Below, piece after piece: positions 31,301-41,233 of a DNA stretch of 64,000 nt. The stretch comes from Gemmatimonadales bacterium (lineage in GTDB: Bacteria; Gemmatimonadota; Gemmatimonadetes; Gemmatimonadales; GWC2-71-9). Each line of letters begins with the position of its first letter. The stretch's first letter is position 1. The stretch spans positions 1,632,001 to 1,696,000 of the forward strand of contig OZ252244.1 of assembly GCA_965249575.1 (NCBI GenBank), read 5' to 3'. The notes beneath the pieces are model-generated. The model was not told the origin of the DNA. It saw only the letters and a program-made list of their open reading frames with translations, and did no database searches. Made by a program: the position numbers and the translations under genes.

Positions 31301-31628
31301 CGTCGGCCGGTTCCTCGAGCACGCGCGCATTCTCCATTTCGGAAACGCAGGGAAGCCAGAGTATTACATCGGGTCGGCCGATCTCCGGCCCAGAAACCTC
31401 CGGCGGCGGGTGGAGACAGTCACGCCCGTGCTCGACCCGGCAGCCCGAGACCGACTCGACGGGATTCTCGAAACCGAGCTCGACGATCCACTCGCGTGGC
31501 GCCTCAACCCGGACGGCTCGTACGAGCGGGTCGCCGCGCCGACCGGAGTCGATTTGTTCAGTGCGCAAGAACGCTTCATGGACGCCGCCCGCAACCAGGG
31601 GAGTTCCCCGGGGGCGCCTAGCTCCTGA
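28357..31628 (+). CDS. ppk1: Polyphosphate kinase 1 with N-terminal CYTH-like and NUDIX-like domains (frameshifts near 28383, 28700 and 29795)
   Basis: RDIYFDTAEGDLRNRGVTCRFR (CYTH), FINRDLSWMEFDARVL, NLDEFFMVR, ELKARFDE, LKTHCK (phospho-His), RFLEHAR, GSADLRPRNL. Confidence 0.88.
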
Positions 31629-31709
31629 TCCGCCCGCCCCCGCTGGTACCTACATCACATCCAGGCTGCGACCGATCACTATATTTACTGGGCTCAATTG
31701 CGCGATCAC

Positions 31710-33557
31710 ATGTACTGTCAACAATGCGGGGCGGAAGTCCCAACGGGAGAGAGCCGCTGCGCGGCCTGCGGGTGGGAAGTAGCCTCAACCACCCCGATGT
31801 CGGCCGTGGTACCTCCGTCGGGTAACGAATTGGCAGCCGTCTCAGAGGCGCTGGCGGGCGAATACGAGATCGTACAGGAGCTCGGTCGAGGAGGAATGGC
31901 CATCGTGTACCGGGCGACCGAGCGCTCGCTCGGCCGCGAGGTGGCGATCAAAGTGCTCCCGTTTACGTTCGCCTTCGACGCCGACTTCGTAGAACGGTTT
32001 CAGCGAGAGGCCAGAACGGCCGCCCGCCTAGAGCACCCACACATCATCCCCATCTATCGGGTCGGCCGAGCCGACAACGTGATCTATTTCACCATGAAGT
32101 TCCTGCGCGGGGAGTCGCTCGCCCGCTCGATCACCCGGGAGTCGCTTCAGCCACACGAGATCCGCAGGCTGCTCAAAGAAGCCGGTAGCGCCCTTGGGTA
32201 TGCACACCAGCACGGCGTCGTCCACCGAGACGTGAAACCCGACAACATCATGTTTCACGAATCGGGACACGTCGTAGTGTGTGATTTTGGCATTGCGAAA
32301 GCCGCGTCGGAGTCGAAGCTCACGGGCACCGGTACGACGATCGGCACGCCGCACTATATGAGCCCGGAACAGGCCCGGGCCCATAAGGTCGACGGCCGCT
32401 CCGATCTCTACTCACTCGGTGTGGTGGCCTACAAGTGCCTCACCGGCCGCGTGCCCTTCGACGCCGAGGATTCCTTCGCCATCGGCATCAAGCACATCAC
32501 CGAGCCACTCCCGAGACCCGAGCTCGAGACACCAGAGCACGAAGCGATTTTCGGCGTCGTCGCACGGCTCATGGAAAAAGAGCCTGATGATCGCTTCCCC
32601 AACGCCGAAGAGATGATTCGTGCTGTCGAGGAGCTGGGTCCCACGTTCAGCTCCGCTCCGGCAATCAGCGCTTCCGCGATTCCGACCGCGTCCGTAGACT
32701 CGAGCGCGCCCACGCAATACGAAAGACCGGCTGAAACGCCGGAAACGCCTACCACCCCAATGCCGCCTTCATCAGTCGAGCCACCGCCGGCTCGAAAGCA
32801 TGGCTCGGCACCACGTGGCAGGAGACCCAGCCATATCCCAGCCCTCGTCAGCGCGGCGGTGCTGATCGTGGGGGTCGGGGGCGGGTGGCTTGCTCTGAAC
32901 CGCGGCTCCACCCCAGCTGGACCCCCGGGTTCCACCCCAGCCGTAACCATCGCCGGCGGGCCGAGCGAGGCCGCGACGGCGACGGATCCCCCGGCCGGTA
33001 ACCGGTCGGCAGCGACGGAGGGCGAAGCGGCACCGACCCTCTCCCCCGACGCACAACCGGTTCGGGCGGTCGCGCCACCCGAGCGCCCCTCCGAGCCCAA
33101 CGTGAGGACGGACCGGCAGCCGCCCACCGAGCCAGCCAACAGGACGAGGGCGCCGATCACGCCTGCGGTTCCCCCTCCCCCGGTCGCCGACTCACCCGGA
33201 GCGCGCGCCATCGCTCCGCGGGAGCTTCGGGACACGGCACCGACGCGACCATTGGCCGATCCGACCCCGCCGGACCCGGGCGCACGCCCCGCCCCGAGAC
33301 CGGGGCAGCTCGTGGACTCGCTGAAGGCCAGGGCCGAAAAGGCGAATGTGGGTCTCTTGCGAATTCGTGGGTTGGCCGGCGGGGCGAAACTCTACATCGA
33401 CGGTAAGCTTCAGACCCGACTGAGCCACACCCTCCCCGTGGGCCCGCACGTGATCCGCGTCGAGCGGGACGGTTACGAAACGTTCGAGCGACGGGTCGAG
33501 ATAAAGGCGGGAGAAGCGACCAGGGTGCGGGTGATGCAGAGCCGAAGGGACGACTAG
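31710..33557 (+). CDS. Hanks-type Ser/Thr protein kinase: Zn ribbon, kinase, TM helix, Pro-rich linker, PEGA domain
   Basis: CQQC..CAAC, GRGGMA, VAIK, HRDVKPDN, DFG, GTPHYMSPEQ. Confidence 0.93.
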   Translation: MYCQQCGAEVPTGESRCAACGWEVASTTPMSAVVPPSGNELAAVSEALAGEYEIVQELGRGGMAIVYRATERSLGREVAIKVLPFTFAFDADFVERFQREARTAARLEHPHIIPIYRVGRADNVIYFTMKFLRGESLARSITRESLQPHEIRRLLKEAGSALGYAHQHGVVHRDVKPDNIMFHESGHVVVCDFGIAKAASESKLTGTGTTIGTPHYMSPEQARAHKVDGRSDLYSLGVVAYKCLTGRVPFDAEDSFAIGIKHITEPLPRPELETPEHEAIFGVVARLMEKEPDDRFPNAEEMIRAVEELGPTFSSAPAISASAIPTASVDSSAPTQYERPAETPETPTTPMPPSSVEPPPARKHGSAPRGRRPSHIPALVSAAVLIVGVGGGWLALNRGSTPAGPPGSTPAVTIAGGPSEAATATDPPAGNRSAATEGEAAPTLSPDAQPVRAVAPPERPSEPNVRTDRQPPTEPANRTRAPITPAVPPPPVADSPGARAIAPRELRDTAPTRPLADPTPPDPGARPAPRPGQLVDSLKARAEKANVGLLRIRGLAGGAKLYIDGKLQTRLSHTLPVGPHVIRVERDGYETFERRVEIKAGEATRVRVMQSRRDD

Positions 33558-33566
33558 CCTGCCCCT

Positions 33567-33959
33567 CTAACGGCCGGCTCCATCACGGAGGGCTCGCCTC
33601 GCCAAACCGGTGCTCGCAGCTGGAGCCGCAACCCGCATTTCGATTTCCAGGGTGTCCCCTCCCGACAACCGAGCGGAGTATACGGTGACCGCCCCACGAA
33701 CACCTGCGACGCTCAGCAGGAGCTCCCCATCCTGCCGGACTATGCCGGCGGCCGCAAACCCATCATGCTCTCCGGTCACGTGTTGGGGGTCTTGCTGAAA
33801 CAGGCATAATGGGGTTTGGTCGGCGAACGACCAGGTCCCAGTGAACGGGTAGACCGCCTCGCGCGCCGATGCCGCCCGGCACTTCTGCGCCGCTCCAGCA
33901 CCACACGCCGGCTGGATCAGCACCGTCGCCAGGGCCGCTCGGGCGACCCCCCGGATCAG
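33567..33959 (-). CDS. Hypothetical exported protein (no clear start codon)
   Basis: The 3' part of ORF 33567-34217 reads as signal-like sequence plus FTGTW beta-rich domain. The upstream part overlaps the PEGA gene. Confidence 0.35.
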   Translation of the reverse strand: MIRGVARAALATVLIQPACGAGAAQKCRAASAREAVYPFTGTWSFADQTPLCLFQQDPQHVTGEHDGFAAAGIVRQDGELLLSVAGVRGAVTVYSARLSGGDTLEIEMRVAAPAASTGLARRALRDGAGR

Positions 33960-34336
33960 GACGCTCCGGGCTCCCGCTGCAAGGTCACGTTGCACACGTC
34001 CCCATCGAGGCTGTGCCAAGAACCGGTAGCGGCATCGACGACCACGGGGATCAACCCGAACAGGACGTCCAGGACCACCCAGCCGGCCCCGACCTTTCGG
34101 TTGAGCCGGCAGGAAACCTCCTGGTAGCCATCCATGATAAACACGACCACGTGCTCGTGCTTGTGGTCCAGCGTGATGGACACCGGGGTTGTTCCAGCCC
34201 GGTTGCCGTCGATCCACACCTCCGCTCCGGAGGGGTTCGAGTTCATCGAGACCGACGTAGTCTTCCTGGCCAAGATCGTGGCGCAGCCTAGGAACGCGGG
34301 AACCAGCAACATGCCGACGATCATTCTGGCGCTCAT
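33956..34336 (-). CDS. PEGA-domain lipoprotein
   Basis: LGC lipobox, SNPSGAEVWIDG..GTTP, VVDAATG.W. Confidence 0.85.
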   Translation of the reverse strand: MSARMIVGMLLVPAFLGCATILARKTTSVSMNSNPSGAEVWIDGNRAGTTPVSITLDHKHEHVVVFIMDGYQEVSCRLNRKVGAGWVVLDVLFGLIPVVVDAATGSWHSLDGDVCNVTLQREPGAS

Positions 34337-34463
34337 AGCGGGTTTATCCCTCGAAGGTGTGGTTGGGAGCGCGACTCAGCGCCGGGATAACCGCAATGTT
34401 TGGGAGTCCGTCACAACTGTCAAGCGAAACTCGGGGAGGTGGGGCCAAGCACGCCTCAGCGAC

Positions 34464-35885
34464 TCAAGCTACGGGCCCTCCACCGGTGGTAGGTAGCCAG
34501 AAAACGAACGTGCTCCCTTCTCCCGGTGAGCTTCGCACGCTGATGTTTCCACCCTGCAGCTCCGCCAACAGACGGGCGATGGTGAGCCCGAGTCCCGCAC
34601 CCCCGTGCGCTCGACTACGAGAGCGATCCACGCGATAGAAGCGGTCAAAGATATGATCGAGATGGTCCGGGCCGATGCCACACCCGGTGTCGCGAACCGC
34701 CACCCCGATCATCCCATCCGCTCGGTCCAGCGAGAAGGTAACGGTCCCGTCGACCGTATATCGGACGGCGTTCGATGCGAGATTGAGTAAGACTTGGCGT
34801 GCCCGATTCGGATCCCCGATCGCGCGCGCAGGGTCGTTCACGTCGGCGCGCACCTCGAGCTCGCGGCTTGCCCCCATGGCCTGCGCGATCTCTTCCACCT
34901 CGAGCACCAGTGGGACCAGGTCGAACTCGAGATTCTCCATCGGCAGCTGGCGGTTGTCCCCGCGGGCGATGAGTAGCAGATCTTCCACCATGCGCGCCGT
35001 CTGTTCAACCTCCCTCGTGATCGCGGCGAGTGACTCGTGCATCTCGTCCACGGCCCGATTATCGGCGAGTGCCCATTGTGCCTGGGCTCGTAGGTGCGTG
35101 AGCGGTGTCCGAAGCTCGTGGCTCGCGTCGGCCGTGAAGGCTTCCAACGCGCGGTGCGAGCGCTCGACTCGCTCGATCAGTCGATTGAGCGCGTTCGCGA
35201 GCTCGGTCACCTCCGCCACACCGGTCGGGGTGCCGACTCGGCGGCTCAAGTCGTGAGGGCCGATCGCCTGGGTTTCCTCGACGACCCTGGCCATCGGCGC
35301 CAGTGCCCGAGTGACGGCGCGGCCGCTCGAGACCCGGGCCACCAGCGCAGTCAGTGGCAGCAGCAGCAGCGCCGCCCCGCCAAGGCCCAGCAACGCAAGC
35401 ACACCGGGTAGGCGGCTCCCCGCGACGAAGATGTCGAACTCCGAAGCGCGACGGTGCAGAACGCGATAACGCCACCGGCCTCGCTCCGCAATGACGCTGA
35501 CGACCTGCTCCCTGACCTCACCTGCCGAGGCCCCCGCAGCGAGCGATTCGATCTCCTTTGCGGGCATCGTGGGGGACAGGAAGTACACCTTCCTCCCGGC
35601 TCCATCGGACGAGACTGTGCGCGTAATCAGGAATCGCTCTCCCATCCCCAGGAGTTGGTCCGCCAGCATGACGGGGGCGACGGTGGTCCGCTCACCCCCC
35701 GGATCAGCATAGAGGCCGAGGAGCGATTCGATAACGTCCGCCGCCTCCTCGAGCGACCGTCGGAGACTCAGCTCGTTCATCGCCGCGAACACGGTGATTA
35801 CGAGCCCCGCATACGCCGCGAGGGTCGACCACACCAAGCGGTTGAAGCGTACGGTCAGGATTCGTCCCAGGCGGGGTTCGATCAC
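34464..35885 (-). CDS. HAMP-domain sensor histidine kinase
   Basis: Two TM segments, HAMP, ASHELRTP, NAVRY, DTGCG, GLGL. Confidence 0.93.
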   Translation of the reverse strand: MIEPRLGRILTVRFNRLVWSTLAAYAGLVITVFAAMNELSLRRSLEEAADVIESLLGLYADPGGERTTVAPVMLADQLLGMGERFLITRTVSSDGAGRKVYFLSPTMPAKEIESLAAGASAGEVREQVVSVIAERGRWRYRVLHRRASEFDIFVAGSRLPGVLALLGLGGAALLLLPLTALVARVSSGRAVTRALAPMARVVEETQAIGPHDLSRRVGTPTGVAEVTELANALNRLIERVERSHRALEAFTADASHELRTPLTHLRAQAQWALADNRAVDEMHESLAAITREVEQTARMVEDLLLIARGDNRQLPMENLEFDLVPLVLEVEEIAQAMGASRELEVRADVNDPARAIGDPNRARQVLLNLASNAVRYTVDGTVTFSLDRADGMIGVAVRDTGCGIGPDHLDHIFDRFYRVDRSRSRAHGGAGLGLTIARLLAELQGGNISVRSSPGEGSTFVFWLPTTGGGPVA

Positions 35886-36556
35886 GTCGCCTCCAATCGA
35901 TATCCCACGCCTCGGACTGTCCGGATCATCGCACCTGTAGATCCATACGCGACTTTCTTACGCAGGTAGTTGATGTACACGTCGACCACGTTCGTTTCCG
36001 TATCAAAATGATAATCCCAGACCGCCTCGGCGATCCGAGACCGGGAAACCGTGCGTCCCGCGTTTCGCATGAGGAACTCCAGGAGGGCGAACTCACGGGC
36101 GCTCAAGTCAACCGCTCGACTGTCCTTCGTGACTCTTCGCTTCAACGGATCGATCGTGATATCGCCAGCCGACAGAATCGTGTCCTGATGACGCAGACGT
36201 GCTCGCCGCACCAGGGCGAGCACGCGCGCGAGAAGCTCCGGCAGGTCGAATGGCTTGGTCAGGTAGTCATCAGCCCCGCCCTCTAGTCCTCGAACCCTGG
36301 CCTCGAGCTCGTCGCGCGCGGTGAGCAGCAGAATCGGTGTCGTGACGCCACGCTCCCGGAGTTCGGTCACGACACTGAATCCGTCGCGGCCCGGCAGCAT
36401 GACGTCGAGCACAATGCAGCCGTACTTGACCTCCAGGGCGCGCTCGAGCGCTCGATCACCGGACTCCGCCGTGTCCACGGCGTAGCCCTCCTCCTTGAAC
36501 GCCCGCTTGAGAAACCCGCGGAGGTTCCGGTCGTCCTCTACAAGCAACATCCGCAT
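35882..36556 (-). CDS. OmpR/CusR-family DNA-binding response regulator
   Basis: LLVEDD, LDVMLP, GADDYLTKPF, NVVDVYINYLRKK, TVRGVGY. Confidence 0.95.
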   Translation of the reverse strand: MRMLLVEDDRNLRGFLKRAFKEEGYAVDTAESGDRALERALEVKYGCIVLDVMLPGRDGFSVVTELRERGVTTPILLLTARDELEARVRGLEGGADDYLTKPFDLPELLARVLALVRRARLRHQDTILSAGDITIDPLKRRVTKDSRAVDLSAREFALLEFLMRNAGRTVSRSRIAEAVWDYHFDTETNVVDVYINYLRKKVAYGSTGAMIRTVRGVGYRLEAT

Positions 36557-36716
36557 GCTGTGAAGCTAGGGGCATTCGGTTCGGACGGGCAACGGGAAGC
36601 CATGACGATTAGAGGATTCTAACGGAGGCTGACAAGAACGGTCCGACGGCCGGTCCGGTTGACGTCGGGCGAACTCTCTTCCACTCTACGAATCCCCGTG
36701 CTTCTCCGGAGAACGT

Positions 36717-38367
36717 GTGATGAATCCCAGGTCGAGCTCGATCGCCTTTCACCTCCAGCAAGCGAGCACGGAGTCGGTCAGTCGCCGCATCTGCGCCTCG
36801 CTTGTCCTGGCGACAACGCTCGCGGCCATCTCCGCACGACAGGTCGAAGCCCAGGATCGGCTTGCAGATCTCAAAGCGGAGGCGCTGGCGGCTGTCGACC
36901 GGATGAGCGGTTTTACACAGCAGATGGTGGACATGGTGTTCAGTTTCGGCGAGTTGGGATTTCAGGAAGTCGAGACATCGCGCTATTTGGTCGGAATTCT
37001 CCGGGAACACGGATTCACGATCGAGGAAGGGATCGCCGGAATCCCGACCGCCTGGATAGCCACTTGGGGTTCGGGCCGACCGGTCATCTCCTTGGGATCG
37101 GACCTTGATGGAATACCTCAATCCTCACAGAAGCCCGGAGTCGCCTTTCGCGCGCCGCTCATCGAGGGGGCACCCGGCCACGGGGAAGGGCACAACTCCG
37201 GCCAAGCGGTGAACATCACGGCCGCAGTTGCGGTCAAGGAGATCATGGCACGTGAGGGGCTCTCCGGAACGATCAGGATTTGGCCCGGTGTCGCCGAAGA
37301 GCTCCTGGGAACCAAGGCGTACCTCGTCCGTTCCGGATACTTTCGCGGCACGGACGCTGTTTTGTTCTCCCATGTGAGTAGCAACTTGAGCACGTCTTGG
37401 GGGTCGGCGTCCGGCAGCGGTCTGATCTCGGTCGAGTTCAGCTTCGAAGGACGCACTGCCCATTCGGCGGGATCGCCGTGGCGCGGCCGAAGCGCCCTCG
37501 ACGCCATCGAGCTGATGGGCATCGCGTGGAATTTTCGCCGCGAGCACTTGCGCCCCCAGCATCGCGTGCACTACGTCATCCGGGACGGGGGTGACCAGCC
37601 CAACGTCGTTCCCCGGACCGCATCGGCCTGGTATTACTTTCGCGAGATCGACTACCCGCACATTCAGGAGCTGTTTGCCGTCGGCGACTCGATCGCCCGG
37701 GCGGCGGCGATGATGACCGGCACCCGTTTGACACAAACCCGAATCCTGGGCACGGCCTGGCCACGGCACTTCAACAAGCCCATAGCGCTCGCCATGACCA
37801 AGAACATCGAGCGCATTGGATTGCCCACATGGAGTGAGGCCGATCAATCTCTTGCGAAGGCGGTCCAGAAGGAGCTCGGACAGGACGATCGGGGCCTCGA
37901 CACCACGCTGCGCGAGTTGGCTGCGCCGGTCGACCCCGAAGACAACCGAGGAGGCGGCTCTGACGACATCGGCGACATCTCGTGGACGGTGCCGACGGTG
38001 ACCCTCAGGTTCCCGTCGAACATCCCGGGACTTCCCGGCCATCACTTGGTCGAGCGCGATCGCCATGGCGACACCGCTGGCACACAAGGGCGCGACGGCC
38101 GGCGCCAAGGCGCAGGCCCTCACCATGCTGGACCTGCTGCTCGAGCCCGGCCTGGTGGACAGCGCATGGGCATACTTTCGGGACGTTCAGACGAAGGAAA
38201 CGGACTACCAGCCACTCATCCGCCCGGGTGACGAGCCGGCCATCGAGCTCAATGTGGGCGTGATGAGCCGTTACCGTGACGAAATGCAGAAGTACTACTA
38301 CGACCCGACTCGCTACGGGACATACCTGGAGCAGCTGGGCATCAGCTACCCCACGCTCGAGAACTAG
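36717..38367 (+). CDS. M20 family amidohydrolase (AbgB-like), secreted; frameshift near 38046
   Basis: GHGEGHNSG, AEELLG, GGGSDDIGD. Removing one T restores GHHWSSAIAMATPLAHKG. Confidence 0.88.
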
Positions 38368-38593
38368 ACACCGGGAAGCCACGGCTCCTGGCTCGCGCGA
38401 CCAGGCCGGGTCCACGACCTCAACAAACCCACAGCTGGGCGCTGCGGGTATGATCAAGCGGGACGTTCGCGGACCGCTCGTGTTCCTTTCATGCGGTGCG
38501 CTACAGCCATGCACTGCACGGAGCCAGCCGACGGCCCGGGTGGCAGGCTCGGTGCCCACCGTGGTTACATGGATCTACATCGAAAGGGGAAGC

Positions 38594-39493
38594 GTGCCCG
38601 AAACCGACGACAAGGCGTCGCGCTCCGACGCCGACGTGGAACGCCTTCGCGGTCACGTCGCGGCCCTGGAGGGCCCACGCCACCCGCGTTCTTCCCCCGC
38701 GGAGCTCCAGGCGGCGGAGGACTATGTCGCCGAGCATCTGGGCGCACTGGGCATCGCAACCGAGCGCCGCGCGTTTCAATTCGGCGGCGCCGAGTTTCAA
38801 AACGTCGTGGGGATCATCCAAGGAACCGACCCCGATCGACCGAGAGTGCTGGTGGGCGCTCATTTCGATTCGGTCGCGTCAACACCGGGCGCCGACGACA
38901 ACGCCAGCGGCGTCGCTGCATTGATCGAGACCGCTCGGCTGCTGGCCCATCGAGCGCTTAAGTCAACGGTCGAGTTCGTGGGATTCAATCTCGAGGAGGC
39001 GCAGGGCGTTACCTACCGGGTGGGGAGCCGGAGGTATGCCTCGGAAGCGAAACGACGCGGCGTTGGCTACGCGGGGGCGCTGATTCTCGAGATGGTGGGA
39101 TACACCGATACCAGTCCGGGCTCCCAGCGCGTGCCCGCGTCGCTGTTTTGGAAGCGCGTGCCCCGGACCGGTACATTCCTCGCCGCCACCGGCGACCGTC
39201 GTTCAGCGCGCCTGTTGCGCCGCTTCGCGCGTACAGCGGCCACATGCGTACCGGACCTCGCGGTGATCACGTTTCGATCGCCATTCAGGGGGTGGGTGGT
39301 TCCGCACACGCGGCTCTCCGACAACGCGGCGTTCTGGGATGTTGGGTATCCATCACTGATGCTCACCGATACCGCGTTCCTTCGCAATCCACACTACCAC
39401 ATGCCGAGCGACCGCGGTATCACGCTCGACTACACGTTCATGGCCCGGGTAACCGAGGCGGTGGCGTGCGCGGTGCGCGATCTCGCGGGTTGA
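38594..39493 (+). CDS. M28 family peptidase
   Basis: GAHFDS, GADDNASG, NLEE, LEMVG, SDNAAF, YH...D. Confidence 0.9.
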   Translation: MPETDDKASRSDADVERLRGHVAALEGPRHPRSSPAELQAAEDYVAEHLGALGIATERRAFQFGGAEFQNVVGIIQGTDPDRPRVLVGAHFDSVASTPGADDNASGVAALIETARLLAHRALKSTVEFVGFNLEEAQGVTYRVGSRRYASEAKRRGVGYAGALILEMVGYTDTSPGSQRVPASLFWKRVPRTGTFLAATGDRRSARLLRRFARTAATCVPDLAVITFRSPFRGWVVPHTRLSDNAAFWDVGYPSLMLTDTAFLRNPHYHMPSDRGITLDYTFMARVTEAVACAVRDLAG

Positions 39494-39525
39494 CAGGCCG
39501 GGGACTCGTGCAGTTGGAAGCGCAG

Positions 39526-41163
39526 CTACTGTGGCACGAACTCCGGCCACGGAATCAGCCGGCCGGTACCCCCGATCTCATCGTACAGAATGCGGAGTTC
39601 CTCGGGCGCTACCTGTAGGCGGTCGGATCCCATGAACTCGAAGATCGCCTCGGCGGTCATTTCGACCGAGAGCATATCATCGACACCCGCCCGAAAGCCG
39701 GCCTCATTCCACACTGACTCACCGTTCTCCGCCTCGGTGCGCACGCGTGCACCCCGGACCATGGCGTCGACAGCATCGGACGTGAGCGGGCTTTTGATGC
39801 CCAGCCCACCAACGAGCTGTTCGACCATGATGAGGCCCATCACGTAGGACGTTTTCCACGACCACGAGTGTTCCGGCCGGTTCGCCGAGAGGTTCTCTTT
39901 CTCCCGTGCCAGCCATTCGCCGACGAATCCGACGATCTGGCTGGATTCGATGCCGTAAGACGGCGAGACCATGTCCCAGTGATTGGTGGCCACGGCGACT
40001 GCGGCGTCGAAGTTCGGGTACGCCCGGAAGTCGTTTCGCCAGCCGAACATGTGGGCTCCACCGTGCCCGAAACTGAACTTCGGCTGGCCCTGGTCGCTGA
40101 GGAACCACACCAAGCCGATGACCGGGGGCTGGATACCCTCTTGCTGTTGCCGTAGCCTCGCCACCGGGCCCGTTCGGGCTGCCCGGGGACCGAGCATCAA
40201 ACGCACCGTGTGTGGCTCGAGCAGCTGATACCCGTTGTAGGTGCCGTCGTTGAGATAGGCGAGCAGGAGCTTGACGTGGTCGCCCGGAGTGGTCACGACC
40301 GTCCCCGCGGGATAGGCACCAAAGTAAATGGCCGGAGTCGGAATGTGAACCGGCCCGAAGCGCGCGTATCCGGTCGACATACGCTCGTAAATGTCCGGCC
40401 GGACGTGCTCCGCATTCTGCACGGGTGGATACTGACTCGACGTCATCCCAAGCGGATCCATGATGTGTCTCTGGACATACTCCGAAAAGCTCAGGCCGTC
40501 GGGGTTGGTTACTTCGACCAGATACCCAAGCGTCGCGATGCCGAAGTTGGAATACTGAAACCGCTCTCCAACCTTGGCGCTCCAGCGGGGGAGCAGCGAT
40601 CGGTCGTAACTCTCGAACATGTCCTCCGCGTATTCATCGCGGAGGAACTCACCGAGCGGCTTGGGCACCGCGAACTCACTGCCCGCCGCGCCGCTCGTGA
40701 GCCCGCTCCGATGGGTCATGAGGTCGTAGACGGTGATCTCCCGCTCGCCCAGATGGTTGTGGATTTGAAAATCGGTCAGGTGCTTGTTGATGGGATCGTG
40801 CAGCCCCATGATCCCCCGCTCGACGAGCTGCATGACGGCAGTTGCCGTGTAGGTCTTGCCCATCGACCCCGACCGCATGACGGTATGGGCGGCCATCGGG
40901 ATTTCGCGCTCGAGATCGGCAAATCCAAACCCTTTCTCCCAGATCACCTTCCCGCGGCGCGCGACTGCCAGGTTCAAACCCGGCGTGTTGTGCTGTCGCA
41001 TGACGTGGGGGACGTAACTCTCGAGCGCTGCGATCAGCCGCCGGTCGGTTTCCGTGAGCGCTTCCTGCGCCAACGCCGGTACGCCCTGGCCAGCGACGAG
41101 CGCGAACAGCAGTCCGACGATCGATTTCCGCACGCGGATGCTCGCGTTGATCTCCGTTGACAT
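39526..41163 (-). CDS. Secreted serine hydrolase (beta-lactamase-related family) with C-terminal extension
   Basis: SxxK (SMGK), YSN, GHGG, signal peptide. Confidence 0.9.
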   Translation of the reverse strand: MSTEINASIRVRKSIVGLLFALVAGQGVPALAQEALTETDRRLIAALESYVPHVMRQHNTPGLNLAVARRGKVIWEKGFGFADLEREIPMAAHTVMRSGSMGKTYTATAVMQLVERGIMGLHDPINKHLTDFQIHNHLGEREITVYDLMTHRSGLTSGAAGSEFAVPKPLGEFLRDEYAEDMFESYDRSLLPRWSAKVGERFQYSNFGIATLGYLVEVTNPDGLSFSEYVQRHIMDPLGMTSSQYPPVQNAEHVRPDIYERMSTGYARFGPVHIPTPAIYFGAYPAGTVVTTPGDHVKLLLAYLNDGTYNGYQLLEPHTVRLMLGPRAARTGPVARLRQQQEGIQPPVIGLVWFLSDQGQPKFSFGHGGAHMFGWRNDFRAYPNFDAAVAVATNHWDMVSPSYGIESSQIVGFVGEWLAREKENLSANRPEHSWSWKTSYVMGLIMVEQLVGGLGIKSPLTSDAVDAMVRGARVRTEAENGESVWNEAGFRAGVDDMLSVEMTAEAIFEFMGSDRLQVAPEELRILYDEIGGTGRLIPWPEFVPQ

Positions 41164-41233
41164 CTTCTTCCTCCAGTCTCACCGCCGGTCATGAGGCAAG
41201 TTCGGCGGTGCACCTGCCGTGGGTCCGGTGTCG

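Noticed and set aside
36609..36622. TTAGA-N4-TCTAA palindrome upstream of the two-component operon
   Set aside because: The 5-bp arms are too short to distinguish from chance without comparative data.
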